This document shows positions 27,110 to 35,969 of a stretch of DNA of 64,000 nt, in pieces. The stretch lies in IMG/VR virus record IMGVR_UViG_3300005663_000033, positions 49,444 to 113,443 of that record; one strand, 5' to 3'. The translations under genes were made by a program, and so were the position numbers. This DNA comes from a virus. Each line of letters opens with the position of its first letter. The stretch's first letter is position 1. Below the pieces are notes generated by a model. It was given only the letters and a program-made list of their open reading frames with translations, was not told where the DNA came from and did no database searches.

Positions 27110-27364
27110 ATGAGTGAACAAACAGTTACATGTACATGTCCAATATGCGGTGAACCATATGTGTTTTATAGTCATTACGCTGGAAATCAATCTGTGTGTC
27201 CCGATTGTCGCTATAAATATGGCGGGAGCAGCGGTGGTCAAATTATTCAATGCCCAATATGTCATGAACCATATAAGTTTTATTCGCACTATGTGGGAGA
27301 TCAATCAGCATGTCCCTCTTGTCGAGAAAAGGCTCGCAGTAAATTACCTAGATGGAATAACTAG
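27110..27364 (+). CDS. tandem double zinc-ribbon protein
   Basis: CPICGEPYVFYSHYAGNQSVCPDCR and CPICHEPYKFYSHYVGDQSACPSCR. Confidence 0.75.
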   Translation: MSEQTVTCTCPICGEPYVFYSHYAGNQSVCPDCRYKYGGSSGGQIIQCPICHEPYKFYSHYVGDQSACPSCREKARSKLPRWNN

Positions 27365-27403
27365 ACATACTAATTATCGTTTGAAGTTGGAGTTGATTTG
27401 TAA

Positions 27404-28054
27404 ATGCCGAAATTGATTGATCTTACTGGGAAAAGATTTGGTAGGCTTGTTGTTATCTGTCGCGACAAGAAAAATCGATTTGGAACACTCTGTTGGTTGT
27501 GTTTGTGTGACTGTGGTAAAGAAAAAATTATTCTTTGTGGCAGTCTTAAAAGTGGCAAGACGAAAAGTTGTGGATGTTTACGAAAAGAAATTATTTCAAA
27601 AATAATGACAAAACATGGCCATACGAAGAATAGGAAACAATCTCAAGTCTACAGGTCGTGGTATCACATAATACAGCGATGTACTAATTCTAACACAAAA
27701 GACTACCGTTGGTATGGTAGTCGAGGAATAACTGTTTGCGAACGATGGTTAAAATTCGAAAATTTTCTTGAGGATATGGGAGAGGCACCAATTGGATATC
27801 AAATTGATAGATTGGATAATAATAAAGGGTATTATTTAGAAAATTGTCGGTGGGTTACCCCAAAACAAAATGGTCGCAATAAACGAAACAATCATCTGAT
27901 TACACATAATGGCGAAATACAATGTATATCTGCTTGGGCAGAAGAAACCGGAATAAGTAAAAATACTATATTGTGGAGAATAACTCACGGTTGGTCACCG
28001 GAGAAAACTTTAACTACACCAGGTAAAATGGAGAAAACGAGTGACTGTAACTGA
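27404..28054 (+). CDS. free-standing HNH-type homing endonuclease, paralog 1
   Basis: DLTGKRFGRL, CLCDCG, SCGC, YGSRGITVCERW, IDRLDNNKGYYLENCRW. Confidence 0.85.
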   Translation: MPKLIDLTGKRFGRLVVICRDKKNRFGTLCWLCLCDCGKEKIILCGSLKSGKTKSCGCLRKEIISKIMTKHGHTKNRKQSQVYRSWYHIIQRCTNSNTKDYRWYGSRGITVCERWLKFENFLEDMGEAPIGYQIDRLDNNKGYYLENCRWVTPKQNGRNKRNNHLITHNGEIQCISAWAEETGISKNTILWRITHGWSPEKTLTTPGKMEKTSDCN

Positions 28055-29492
28055 AATAAAGCCAAAAGTTATCACAATTTTTCCAGAGCGCGGGATTATC
28101 GTGGATAAGAATTTAGTAAATTTGAACGAACAATTCCGAAAATTGCCATCTTTTGTGGCTGATTTTTTGGTCGCAGAAATGGTAGATAGTGATAACCCCG
28201 CTCCAGGTTTGGAACGCATTAATCAACTTCTAAGTGATCATTATATGGAATCCGACCAAAGGGAGCTTGTGAAGAGTAAAATTCGTGAAAAAGGAGAGTA
28301 TACTCTTCTAGGGAATATCCGTTGTAGATATGATGATGGCAAGGATGAATATTGGGCTGATGTTGTGGCACTCGGGAATCAGTACATCCGCATAGACCCA
28401 TACCTTATCGCCGAACACGGAGAAACTCTATTAACCACCGGCGCTTGGGGGATATTTCAAATCACATATGATGATTCATACGTCATGAGAAATAAACTAT
28501 ATCCATTTTTAATAACCAAGTTCCGTCCTATACAGATTACGAGAATTGATGTTGATACCTGGATCAAACGTAGATCCCAGTTCACAAATGAAGAATGGCT
28601 AGATTTAATGATTACGAGTGTCGGCTTTGATCCCACCCATCTTTCTGAAGAAGAAAAATGGTTGTATATGGTAAGGATGGTTCCATTTATTGAACCAAAT
28701 GTCAATATGGTAGAACTCGGCCCCACCATGACCGGAAAAACATTTGCGTGCCAATCTCTCAGTGCTCATGGATTTGTGATTTCTGGCTCCCAAACAACAG
28801 TGGCGTCTTTATTTTATGATAAACTGCGAAGACAATTGGGGTTAATAGGCTATAGAGACGTCGTTGCGTTTGACGAATTCACCAATAGTCGCGGTGGGAA
28901 CAAATGGTCTGGACACAGCGGTTTAGTAGACATCCTCAAAGATTTCATGAATTCTGGAAGATTCGGTCGTGGTACTGCTGAATTTGCTTCGGATTGTTCT
29001 TTGATGTTCATGGGAAATATTGATTGCGATAGAGACAAGAGGGCTGTTTCGGTAAGATATCGGAGTCTTTTCTCACCATTTCCACAAATAGTTAGTCAAG
29101 ATAGGGCATTTATTGATCGTATCCATGGATTCATTCCAGGTTGGCGAATAGGGCCGATTAGAGAATCCAACCTTGCCAAAGGTTTAGGGTTTATGGCTGA
29201 CTATATGTCTGAAATAATGCACAGAATGAGAGATCGTAATTATGCTAATGTCATATTACAAAATGTGGATTTCGGGAAAATGGGACAAAGAGATCAGAGA
29301 TCGCTTGTTCGTATAGGGTCTGGTTTACTGAAATTGGTGTTCCCCCACAGAATAGTCGAAACTGTAGAACCTAATGAACTGAAAACCGTTTTGGATATGG
29401 CGGTCGATCTGCGACAGAGAGTGTTGGACCAGCTAGCAATAATTTCTCCTGGTGAATTCAAGGGTGTTAAATTGGAGTATAAAGTTAAATGA
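28041..29492 (+). CDS. BrxL-like (MCM-type AAA+) ATPase lacking the Lon protease domain
   Basis: VELGPTMTGKT, TTVASLFY, VAFDEF, LKDFMNSGRFGRG, DRAFIDRIHGFIPGW. Confidence 0.8.
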   Translation: MTVTEIKPKVITIFPERGIIVDKNLVNLNEQFRKLPSFVADFLVAEMVDSDNPAPGLERINQLLSDHYMESDQRELVKSKIREKGEYTLLGNIRCRYDDGKDEYWADVVALGNQYIRIDPYLIAEHGETLLTTGAWGIFQITYDDSYVMRNKLYPFLITKFRPIQITRIDVDTWIKRRSQFTNEEWLDLMITSVGFDPTHLSEEEKWLYMVRMVPFIEPNVNMVELGPTMTGKTFACQSLSAHGFVISGSQTTVASLFYDKLRRQLGLIGYRDVVAFDEFTNSRGGNKWSGHSGLVDILKDFMNSGRFGRGTAEFASDCSLMFMGNIDCDRDKRAVSVRYRSLFSPFPQIVSQDRAFIDRIHGFIPGWRIGPIRESNLAKGLGFMADYMSEIMHRMRDRNYANVILQNVDFGKMGQRDQRSLVRIGSGLLKLVFPHRIVETVEPNELKTVLDMAVDLRQRVLDQLAIISPGEFKGVKLEYKVK

Positions 29493-29770
29493 AAACTAGA
29501 GACGGATATAAAATAAAAAAACGTCACGTCTATTTTTATGTTCCCAGAAGTAATACTTGTGGTACAAATAAATATAAAATATACAAAACAAGGTGTAGTT
29601 GTTTTTTTGAAGGCGATCAAATTGGCATGACCAATAATATTTTCTTGAGAGGTATAGATACAAAACACACTCTTTTTAGAGACCTAAAAAAAGCGAAACA
29701 ATTGTGTTTAAGAAGATTGTACAGAGAAAGAGGAAAAATCAACAAGACTATTCGGGAGTTTTCAGAATGA
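29489..29770 (+). CDS. basic hypothetical protein
   Basis: ATGA overlap. Confidence 0.5.
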   Translation: MKTRDGYKIKKRHVYFYVPRSNTCGTNKYKIYKTRCSCFFEGDQIGMTNNIFLRGIDTKHTLFRDLKKAKQLCLRRLYRERGKINKTIREFSE

Positions 29771-30048
29771 AAAATAAATACCCAGAATGTGAAAAGATGG
29801 CGGCAGTCAAAGATAAGTCCCAGACGATTGGTGAGTTTATTCATTGGTTATTTAATGAAAAGGAATGTGTAATAGCACATTACGATCCATATGAAGATGA
29901 CAGGGGTGGAGATACCCTTGTTCTGGTTCAAAAAAACATTGAAACATGGTTGGCAGAGTTTTTCAAAATAAACCTCGACAAAGTTGAAAAAGAGAAGCGT
30001 CAAATGCTCAAGGAGATAAGGGGTCGTGATGCAGCTAAAAACAAATGA
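29767..30048 (+). CDS. hypothetical protein
   Basis: GGGAG SD; YPECEK...SQTIGEFIHWL. Confidence 0.65.
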   Translation: MKNKYPECEKMAAVKDKSQTIGEFIHWLFNEKECVIAHYDPYEDDRGGDTLVLVQKNIETWLAEFFKINLDKVEKEKRQMLKEIRGRDAAKNK

Positions 30049-30283
30049 AGAAATAGATGTGTCATGTACGTGGGGAGATGGTCCGGATGTATGTGTCAAC
30101 ATATATTATGATCACAAGAAACTTGACCGTTGGACTAAAGGATTTTTCCCTATGGACTTTACTGGGGACGAAGCAATTGAAATTGGTCACAAGTTGATAC
30201 AGGCGGGCGAGCAAGCGAAGGAATTGGATCGTTGTTATGAGGATTATATGAAAAGTGAGAGAAAAAATGAAAATTCAGAATAG
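30026..30283 (+). CDS. hypothetical protein
   Basis: Overlapping ORF. Confidence 0.55.
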   Translation: MMQLKTNEEIDVSCTWGDGPDVCVNIYYDHKKLDRWTKGFFPMDFTGDEAIEIGHKLIQAGEQAKELDRCYEDYMKSERKNENSE

Positions 30284-30343
30284 TGAGACAGTGATAATTG
30301 TCACTGGATTAAGCTGGAAACATGTGAAATAAGGAGAATACAA

Positions 30344-31171
30344 ATGAGTAGTTTTGTGACTGAGCCAAGAGTCGAATTGATAGGAAAACCAATAATCGAA
30401 ATCGATGGGGTAATGAGATTCCTCAACGAACACGATTATGATTGGTCAGAATTTACCGATAAGCTTGAGTCAATGATTAGTCTTGGTGACGACGATGGTG
30501 AATGGCTTGTTGAATTCGCAGGTCGTATGTGTTATCAAAGTTGGCCCAAATGTGGTGAAAAATCAAAAGGTAGAAAACACGAAGATCACGTCAAACATTT
30601 GATTGAAGTTGGACATGGAGCGGCAATTGAACATTCCACGTATACTTTTGCTATTTGGGATGTTTCTCGCAGTTTAACTCATGAATTGGTCCGTCATCGA
30701 ATTGCATCGTATTCACAGTTGAGTCAACGATATGTTGATTCATCCAGTGTCAGATTTATTGTCCCACCAGCTATGCAGGAATTGGAAAAAATCGATCCCG
30801 ATGCTTACAGAGCATGGATTGAACATTGTGAACGATCAAGGCAATTATACGAGGAATTGACGGCTAAGCTGTCTGATATGTACGGGGATACTGAGAGTAA
30901 ACTTGAACGTAGGAAGAAGGCTCGTCAAGCTGCACGTTCTGTGTTGCCAAATGCTACCGAAACTAAGATTATCGTAACAATGAATGCTAGAGCGGTGCGA
31001 CATCTAATTGAGTTACGAGCCAATCCCGCAGCGGATGTTGAAATCAGAAAGTTGGCCGTCAAGATATGCCGTATTCTACAAGATAAAGCTCCGCTGTTTG
31101 CGCATGGTCTTGGTATTGTAAAATTGCAAGACGGAACAGAGGGGGTTGAGTCTAAATACAAAAGAGTGTAG
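30344..31171 (+). CDS. thyX: FAD-dependent thymidylate synthase
   Basis: SRSLTHELVRHRIASYSQLSQRY (RHRx7SxR), ARSVLPNATET. Confidence 0.95.
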   Translation: MSSFVTEPRVELIGKPIIEIDGVMRFLNEHDYDWSEFTDKLESMISLGDDDGEWLVEFAGRMCYQSWPKCGEKSKGRKHEDHVKHLIEVGHGAAIEHSTYTFAIWDVSRSLTHELVRHRIASYSQLSQRYVDSSSVRFIVPPAMQELEKIDPDAYRAWIEHCERSRQLYEELTAKLSDMYGDTESKLERRKKARQAARSVLPNATETKIIVTMNARAVRHLIELRANPAADVEIRKLAVKICRILQDKAPLFAHGLGIVKLQDGTEGVESKYKRV

Positions 31172-31172
31172 T

Positions 31173-31445
31173 ATGACGACATTTTGCGCCAACAATCTAG
31201 GAAAGATTAAACAGCAGCCCTTTCAATGTTCTGTGTGTGAGCAGACATTTACTGTTGAAGCCAACCTTGATTTTGGTGCTGAAGAATGTCCAAAGTGTGA
31301 AAAGAATCTTCGCACCCTTGTTTGTAGATTTATCAGGCTGGTTATAACTGGAAATCCTGATGGAATGTCTTTGAATGATATTTTGTGTATTCTTGGGAGG
31401 GATGAAGTTAAACGGAGAATTATGTCATATAAGATTTACAATTAG
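31173..31445 (+). CDS. zinc-ribbon hypothetical protein
   Basis: CSVC...CPKC. Confidence 0.55.
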   Translation: MTTFCANNLGKIKQQPFQCSVCEQTFTVEANLDFGAEECPKCEKNLRTLVCRFIRLVITGNPDGMSLNDILCILGRDEVKRRIMSYKIYN

Positions 31446-31469
31446 AAAATTACAAAGTAAAATCAAAGA

Positions 31470-31507
31470 TTTGTGAAACAAAAATTGGAGTTGGACGTAT
31501 AATGAGG
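31470..31507 (+). promoter_or_regulatory. conserved phage promoter motif, copy 3
   Basis: TTTGTGAAACAA-N16-TATAAT-GAGG. Confidence 0.8.
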
Positions 31508-31514
31508 TGGAAAG

Positions 31515-32405
31515 ATGCCTATGCTTGAACTGGCCTTAGATGAATTCGAAACATATATCCGCACGGAGCTTGGTTTATCCAAGGAGACGCTTTCGGCGTA
31601 TCTCAGAGATGCAAGAGAATTTCTTGATTTTATCGGGATACAAAAATTGACCGCCAAGTTAATAGAAGAATTCGTTAGTCATCTGCGCGGGCGGGGACTT
31701 AAGCAAACGACAATCCGGCGAAAATACATGTCTGTTAGATGTTTGTGCCATCACCTCATCAGCCGTGGTGGTCTAGATCCGAATATTCTCGGTATGGTTG
31801 ATTCAGTTCGTATAAACAGGAGAACGCCAGATGCATTGGAACATGAAGCTGTGGATGCCCTTGTGGCTGCTGTGGAAAAACGTGCACCCGTATACAGAGC
31901 AACTAACGTTCGCAGGGATGTCGCTATTGTATTGACGCTATATCACAGCGGACTTCGAGTGTCCGAATTATGTAATATGAATTTGACTGATGTGAACCCA
32001 ACCCGAAGAGAAATAAGGGTGAGAGGAAAAGGTAGTCGCGATCGAATAGTCCCAACCACACATAGGTGTATAAAAGTAATTAGCGATTATTTGGACTTAG
32101 ATCGTAATTCTGATACGGATGCGGTATTTGTTAAGTCTGATGGTCAACGAATAACTCGCCGTGCTATTAGTGATATGTTGATGTCCCTTTCTCGTCGAGC
32201 AGGTGTAAAACACACCACAGCCCATATGTTACGAAGAACTTGTGCCACATCCCTCATGAATAGTGGTGTAGATTTGGAACTTGTACAGACAATGCTCGGC
32301 CATAGACACTTATCAACAACGCAAGCATATTTGGCTGTTAGCTATAATCGACTTGTGGATGTTCATAGGCGATGTCATCCTTTTGGAGAAGAGTATGAAG
32401 TCTAG
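31515..32405 (+). CDS. XerC/XerD-like tyrosine recombinase
   Basis: GLRVSEL (R), RGKG (K), HMLRR (H-x-x-R), LGH, TTQAY (Y); SAM-like N-terminal domain. Confidence 0.92.
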   Translation: MPMLELALDEFETYIRTELGLSKETLSAYLRDAREFLDFIGIQKLTAKLIEEFVSHLRGRGLKQTTIRRKYMSVRCLCHHLISRGGLDPNILGMVDSVRINRRTPDALEHEAVDALVAAVEKRAPVYRATNVRRDVAIVLTLYHSGLRVSELCNMNLTDVNPTRREIRVRGKGSRDRIVPTTHRCIKVISDYLDLDRNSDTDAVFVKSDGQRITRRAISDMLMSLSRRAGVKHTTAHMLRRTCATSLMNSGVDLELVQTMLGHRHLSTTQAYLAVSYNRLVDVHRRCHPFGEEYEV

Positions 32406-33048
32406 TCGGAAGAAACGCAAAAATCACTGTGAACACGATGACGATTGTGAAGTTGTGACAGGACCTAATGCTCCACTTCAATTCGACGAAATAGTAGAAG
32501 ATTTTCTTACTAAAACACGTCGTCTGTTATTGGTGGGAGAAATAGATGAAATAGCATCAGCACATATCTGTAGTTATTTACAAGTTTTTTCTCTTAAAAA
32601 AGACCCTGTCTATATGTACATAAATAGTCCTGGGGGATGTTTAGCTTCTGGATATGCTATTGTCGATCAAATGTTGGCCTGTGATTGTCCTATTTACACA
32701 ATTATTCGTGGACAAGCACATTCTATGGGCGCTATAATAGCTGCGTTTGGCCAAAGTGGACATAGGTATTCAACGCCAAATTCATCTATCATGTTGCATT
32801 CAATTGTTGTTCAGAATGCATCCGGTCATATAGAAAAACATGCCGTAATGCTGGATTATATTCGAAAAAATTATTCCGAAAAGATTGTAGACCTTGCTAG
32901 AAGAATGAAATTGACCACGAAACAATTAGCCGATACAATGAATGATACTATATGGATGTCACCTAAACAAGCAGTGAAAATAGGTTTAATAGATGGGATT
33001 TGGACTCCACGTATGGAACGATCAATTAATAAGGGATTCAGCCAATGA
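32395..33048 (+). CDS. clpP: ClpP-family serine peptidase
   Basis: YINSPGG, GQAHSMGA (Ser), IMLH (His), WMSPKQAVKIGLID. Confidence 0.9.
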   Translation: MKSSRKKRKNHCEHDDDCEVVTGPNAPLQFDEIVEDFLTKTRRLLLVGEIDEIASAHICSYLQVFSLKKDPVYMYINSPGGCLASGYAIVDQMLACDCPIYTIIRGQAHSMGAIIAAFGQSGHRYSTPNSSIMLHSIVVQNASGHIEKHAVMLDYIRKNYSEKIVDLARRMKLTTKQLADTMNDTIWMSPKQAVKIGLIDGIWTPRMERSINKGFSQ

Positions 33049-33548
33049 TGAAGAAGAAGCGCCGTATTACTAAAACATATTTTGATTTTGCGTGTTGCCA
33101 ATATGCACCATTAATACATAAGTTATCGTTTACGATTGGAATCGATGCGACACAAGCTGAAGAACTCAGGGTTCGCGCGAAAGAAGAATTGTTGAAATGT
33201 ATGATTTGTTATGATCGAAGAGGGTCTTTCATGACCTTTTTATATTGTCGATTAGTTGGAATTTTCAAACACATAAGAGACGCAGAATACAGGGCCAGAC
33301 GAGTTAAAACTATATCCGTGGATTCTATAATCAACATAGCTCAACCTGATTGCGATATGGATTTTAACATGATGGTACAAGAGTGTCTAGAATGTCTAAA
33401 TGACGAAGAGCGTGACGTTATCATGGAATTATTTTTTAGCGAAAAAACTATAAGAGAAATATCCGATGATTGTGGGTCGGTCGTTTCAACTATTTATCGA
33501 ATAAAAACAGATGCAATAAATAAAATGAGGCAAAAATGTGGAGCATAA
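33045..33548 (+). CDS. sigma70-family (ECF-sized) RNA polymerase sigma factor
   Basis: Region-2-like YDRRGSFMTFLY; region-4 HTH LNDEERDVI...KTIREIS...STIYRIK. Confidence 0.75.
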   Translation: MMKKKRRITKTYFDFACCQYAPLIHKLSFTIGIDATQAEELRVRAKEELLKCMICYDRRGSFMTFLYCRLVGIFKHIRDAEYRARRVKTISVDSIINIAQPDCDMDFNMMVQECLECLNDEERDVIMELFFSEKTIREISDDCGSVVSTIYRIKTDAINKMRQKCGA

Positions 33549-33560
33549 AAGGAATAAACT

Positions 33561-33887
33561 ATGGCAAATGAAAAGGGCCGCAATAAAAGTAAACGAGAAC
33601 GAAAGAAAATTGAACGACTGAAACTTTTGCTTGGTATAGACCTTTGTGCATGTGGTGGTGGACATCGGTTACGGTGCCATGGTCCGTGTAGAAAATGTCA
33701 CACAAATTCCGATACCGGCAATGTCGAGTGTGGAGAAATGTATCAAATTGATCACTCGGTTGTAAAGCAGGGCGGTACACGCCGTCCTAAACGAGACTGG
33801 AAATATGGTCATCAAAAGGAGGGAAAAGAAAACATACTAGTCAAAAGCCAACGTCGTAATAAAATTGAAAGAGATAGGTCTGAGTAG
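33561..33887 (+). CDS. basic Cys-rich hypothetical protein
   Basis: AAGGA SD. Confidence 0.6.
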   Translation: MANEKGRNKSKRERKKIERLKLLLGIDLCACGGGHRLRCHGPCRKCHTNSDTGNVECGEMYQIDHSVVKQGGTRRPKRDWKYGHQKEGKENILVKSQRRNKIERDRSE

Positions 33888-33948
33888 TTGATCTTGGGTG
33901 TATAAACATCTACTGATCAATTGATTTGAAAAACAGAAAGGTAAAAAA

Positions 33949-34398
33949 ATGAAGAATCGATGTATTATTTTTATTCTGTTGGCATTTATGGTTATGCCAA
34001 TTACTGGTTGTACTACTTTTGGAGATAATGGGGGTTGGCAGGATAATGTCGTACAATTGAAGGATGACATCTTCATGTTTTCCAAGTTGGCCACACGGAT
34101 TGCTCTAACGGAAGCTCAGATGCCATCAGAGGATGTGGAACTAATTGAGGGATATTTAGTAGCTCTAGGAGACCTGCTTTCCGTACCTGGTCAGCCAAAC
34201 TTTACAGGCGCTAGGGCACTTGTTAGTATAAAGCTTCCGCAGAAATATCAAGTCTATGGTTTAACCATCATTGATGTACTGGAAAGATATTTACAAACTG
34301 CAAATCTAAATATTACTGATGATCAGGAGGATATTATTGCGATTATCTCATCCGGCATCGATGGCGCACTCGTAGCTGTGCGAGAATTTATGGAATAA
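33949..34398 (+). CDS. lipoprotein
   Basis: Signal peptide with lipobox ITG-C. Confidence 0.75.
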   Translation: MKNRCIIFILLAFMVMPITGCTTFGDNGGWQDNVVQLKDDIFMFSKLATRIALTEAQMPSEDVELIEGYLVALGDLLSVPGQPNFTGARALVSIKLPQKYQVYGLTIIDVLERYLQTANLNITDDQEDIIAIISSGIDGALVAVREFME

Positions 34399-34410
34399 AT
34401 GTTATTTTGT

Positions 34411-34450
34411 ATGGGGCGGCTCAATTTGAGCCGTCCCATTCCTTGTATTT
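34411..34450 (+). terminator. stem-loop / probable terminator
   Basis: ATGGGGCGGCTCA-ATT-TGAGCCGTCCCAT 13-bp stem with T-rich flanks. Confidence 0.65.
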
Positions 34451-34462
34451 GTGGGGTTGGAT

Positions 34463-35296
34463 ATGACTCAGTCGATAATAGGAATATGCACTATATTGCT
34501 TTGTTTACTATCTGCGGGTACTGACTGTATAATCAGTGAAGAAAAGTCTAATGTCGTATCACCAGTAATTGATAAACCAGTAATTGATAAAATTGAACTT
34601 AAACAGAAAGAGATGCGAGACACAATAGTGCTCGTAAAGACACGTCGTGGAAGTGGTTCTGGAACCATTATAGATCGCATAGATATCGACATTGAAAACA
34701 TATTCGAATATCGTATACTAACTAATGCACATGTAGTTCATTCAAGATTCTTTAGATATTTACGAGGTGTTAATTCTTTAACAGGAAAAATAAAAACCGA
34801 AGTTGTTGACACTGGTTGTGAAATTATTACATTTGATCATAAAAACCAAAAATGGAACAGCTATGTTGTAGATATTGTCTCAGAAGATGTAGCACTTGAC
34901 TTGGCAATTTTATCTTTTGTGTCAAATAAGGAATTAAACGTAGCAAAAATAGCTAACGATGACATGTTAAAACAAATTCGTGTTTTTGATGAAGTTTTTG
35001 CTATTGGTTGTCAGCTTGGACAGGCTCCAAGTCCAACAACTGGTATTGTATCACGAATTCTGACGGGAACTCACAATAAACAGAAATGGATAGTTTATGG
35101 AAGTACTACACAAATTGTTCCAGGTTCTAGCGGTGGTGGACTATTTAAGGAATATGATGATCATTATTATTTGATAGGTATTCCATATCTCGCTGCCATA
35201 ACTAATAGTGGTCAATTTGTATCGCATTTATCATCAGCCATTTCTGTTGTAACAGCAAAAAACTTTATTGATGAAAACTCGGTGTGCAATGACTAA
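34463..35296 (+). CDS. trypsin-like (S1) serine protease with signal peptide
   Basis: LTNAHVV (His), DLAIL (Asp), PGSSGG (Ser). Confidence 0.88.
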   Translation: MTQSIIGICTILLCLLSAGTDCIISEEKSNVVSPVIDKPVIDKIELKQKEMRDTIVLVKTRRGSGSGTIIDRIDIDIENIFEYRILTNAHVVHSRFFRYLRGVNSLTGKIKTEVVDTGCEIITFDHKNQKWNSYVVDIVSEDVALDLAILSFVSNKELNVAKIANDDMLKQIRVFDEVFAIGCQLGQAPSPTTGIVSRILTGTHNKQKWIVYGSTTQIVPGSSGGGLFKEYDDHYYLIGIPYLAAITNSGQFVSHLSSAISVVTAKNFIDENSVCND

Positions 35297-35969
35297 GCCG
35301 TCATTACTGGAGACAATTTTGCGACATATGCGACCTTCCAAAATTGTTATGCCAAGTTTTTACTGGAGATACACATTCCTTGAATTTCCCGAATTACAAA
35401 CTGCGAAAGGTATTTATCAAAGAAACGGTCAATCAGTATGGGAACATACCATGAATGTAATAGATCGTTTATCCGACAAAACAGATATAGCATTGCTTGC
35501 CGGATTATTTCACGATCTTGGAAAATGTAAGATACCTCCAATGGATGATCCATCTTTACCTAGATTCCCTGGCCACCCAATAGCGTCTGCGAATATTGCG
35601 GAAAATACTTTGGCTTTATGGGGAGGGCGTGATTATCTAATAGATAGGGTTTCTAGAATAGTTTCAACCCACATGTATGACATAAGCAACGCGACAAGAG
35701 AAAAGACTATCCGTAAGTTCGTTGCAGATGTGGGGCAGGACAATATAGAGAATTGGTTCGATGTACGAATTGCAGATTCTTCATCATATTCGTTTTATTC
35801 GAACCAAAAACAACGAAAACACCGTTCCGCAAAAGAAAGTTACTATAGTAGATACATAGAACCATTTCATAAAGTTGTTATGTCTTATTTGGAAAAACAA
35901 CCAAAAACCGATCAGCCTAAATTTACTTGCCCGGTTACGGGAATGCAGATAGAAGGGGGAGATGATTAG
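35289..35969 (+). CDS. HD-domain protein resembling the C-terminal half of CCA-adding enzymes
   Basis: FPEL...Q...VWEHTMNV...LLAGLFHDLGK...FPGH...THM...RIAD; no nucleotidyltransferase head domain. Confidence 0.75.
   Translation: MTKPSLLETILRHMRPSKIVMPSFYWRYTFLEFPELQTAKGIYQRNGQSVWEHTMNVIDRLSDKTDIALLAGLFHDLGKCKIPPMDDPSLPRFPGHPIASANIAENTLALWGGRDYLIDRVSRIVSTHMYDISNATREKTIRKFVADVGQDNIENWFDVRIADSSSYSFYSNQKQRKHRSAKESYYSRYIEPFHKVVMSYLEKQPKTDQPKFTCPVTGMQIEGGDD

Noticed and set aside
34561-34590. 15-bp tandem duplication ACCAGTAATTGATAA x2
   Set aside because: In-frame PVIDK duplication in a protease linker, with no sign of a wider repeat system.
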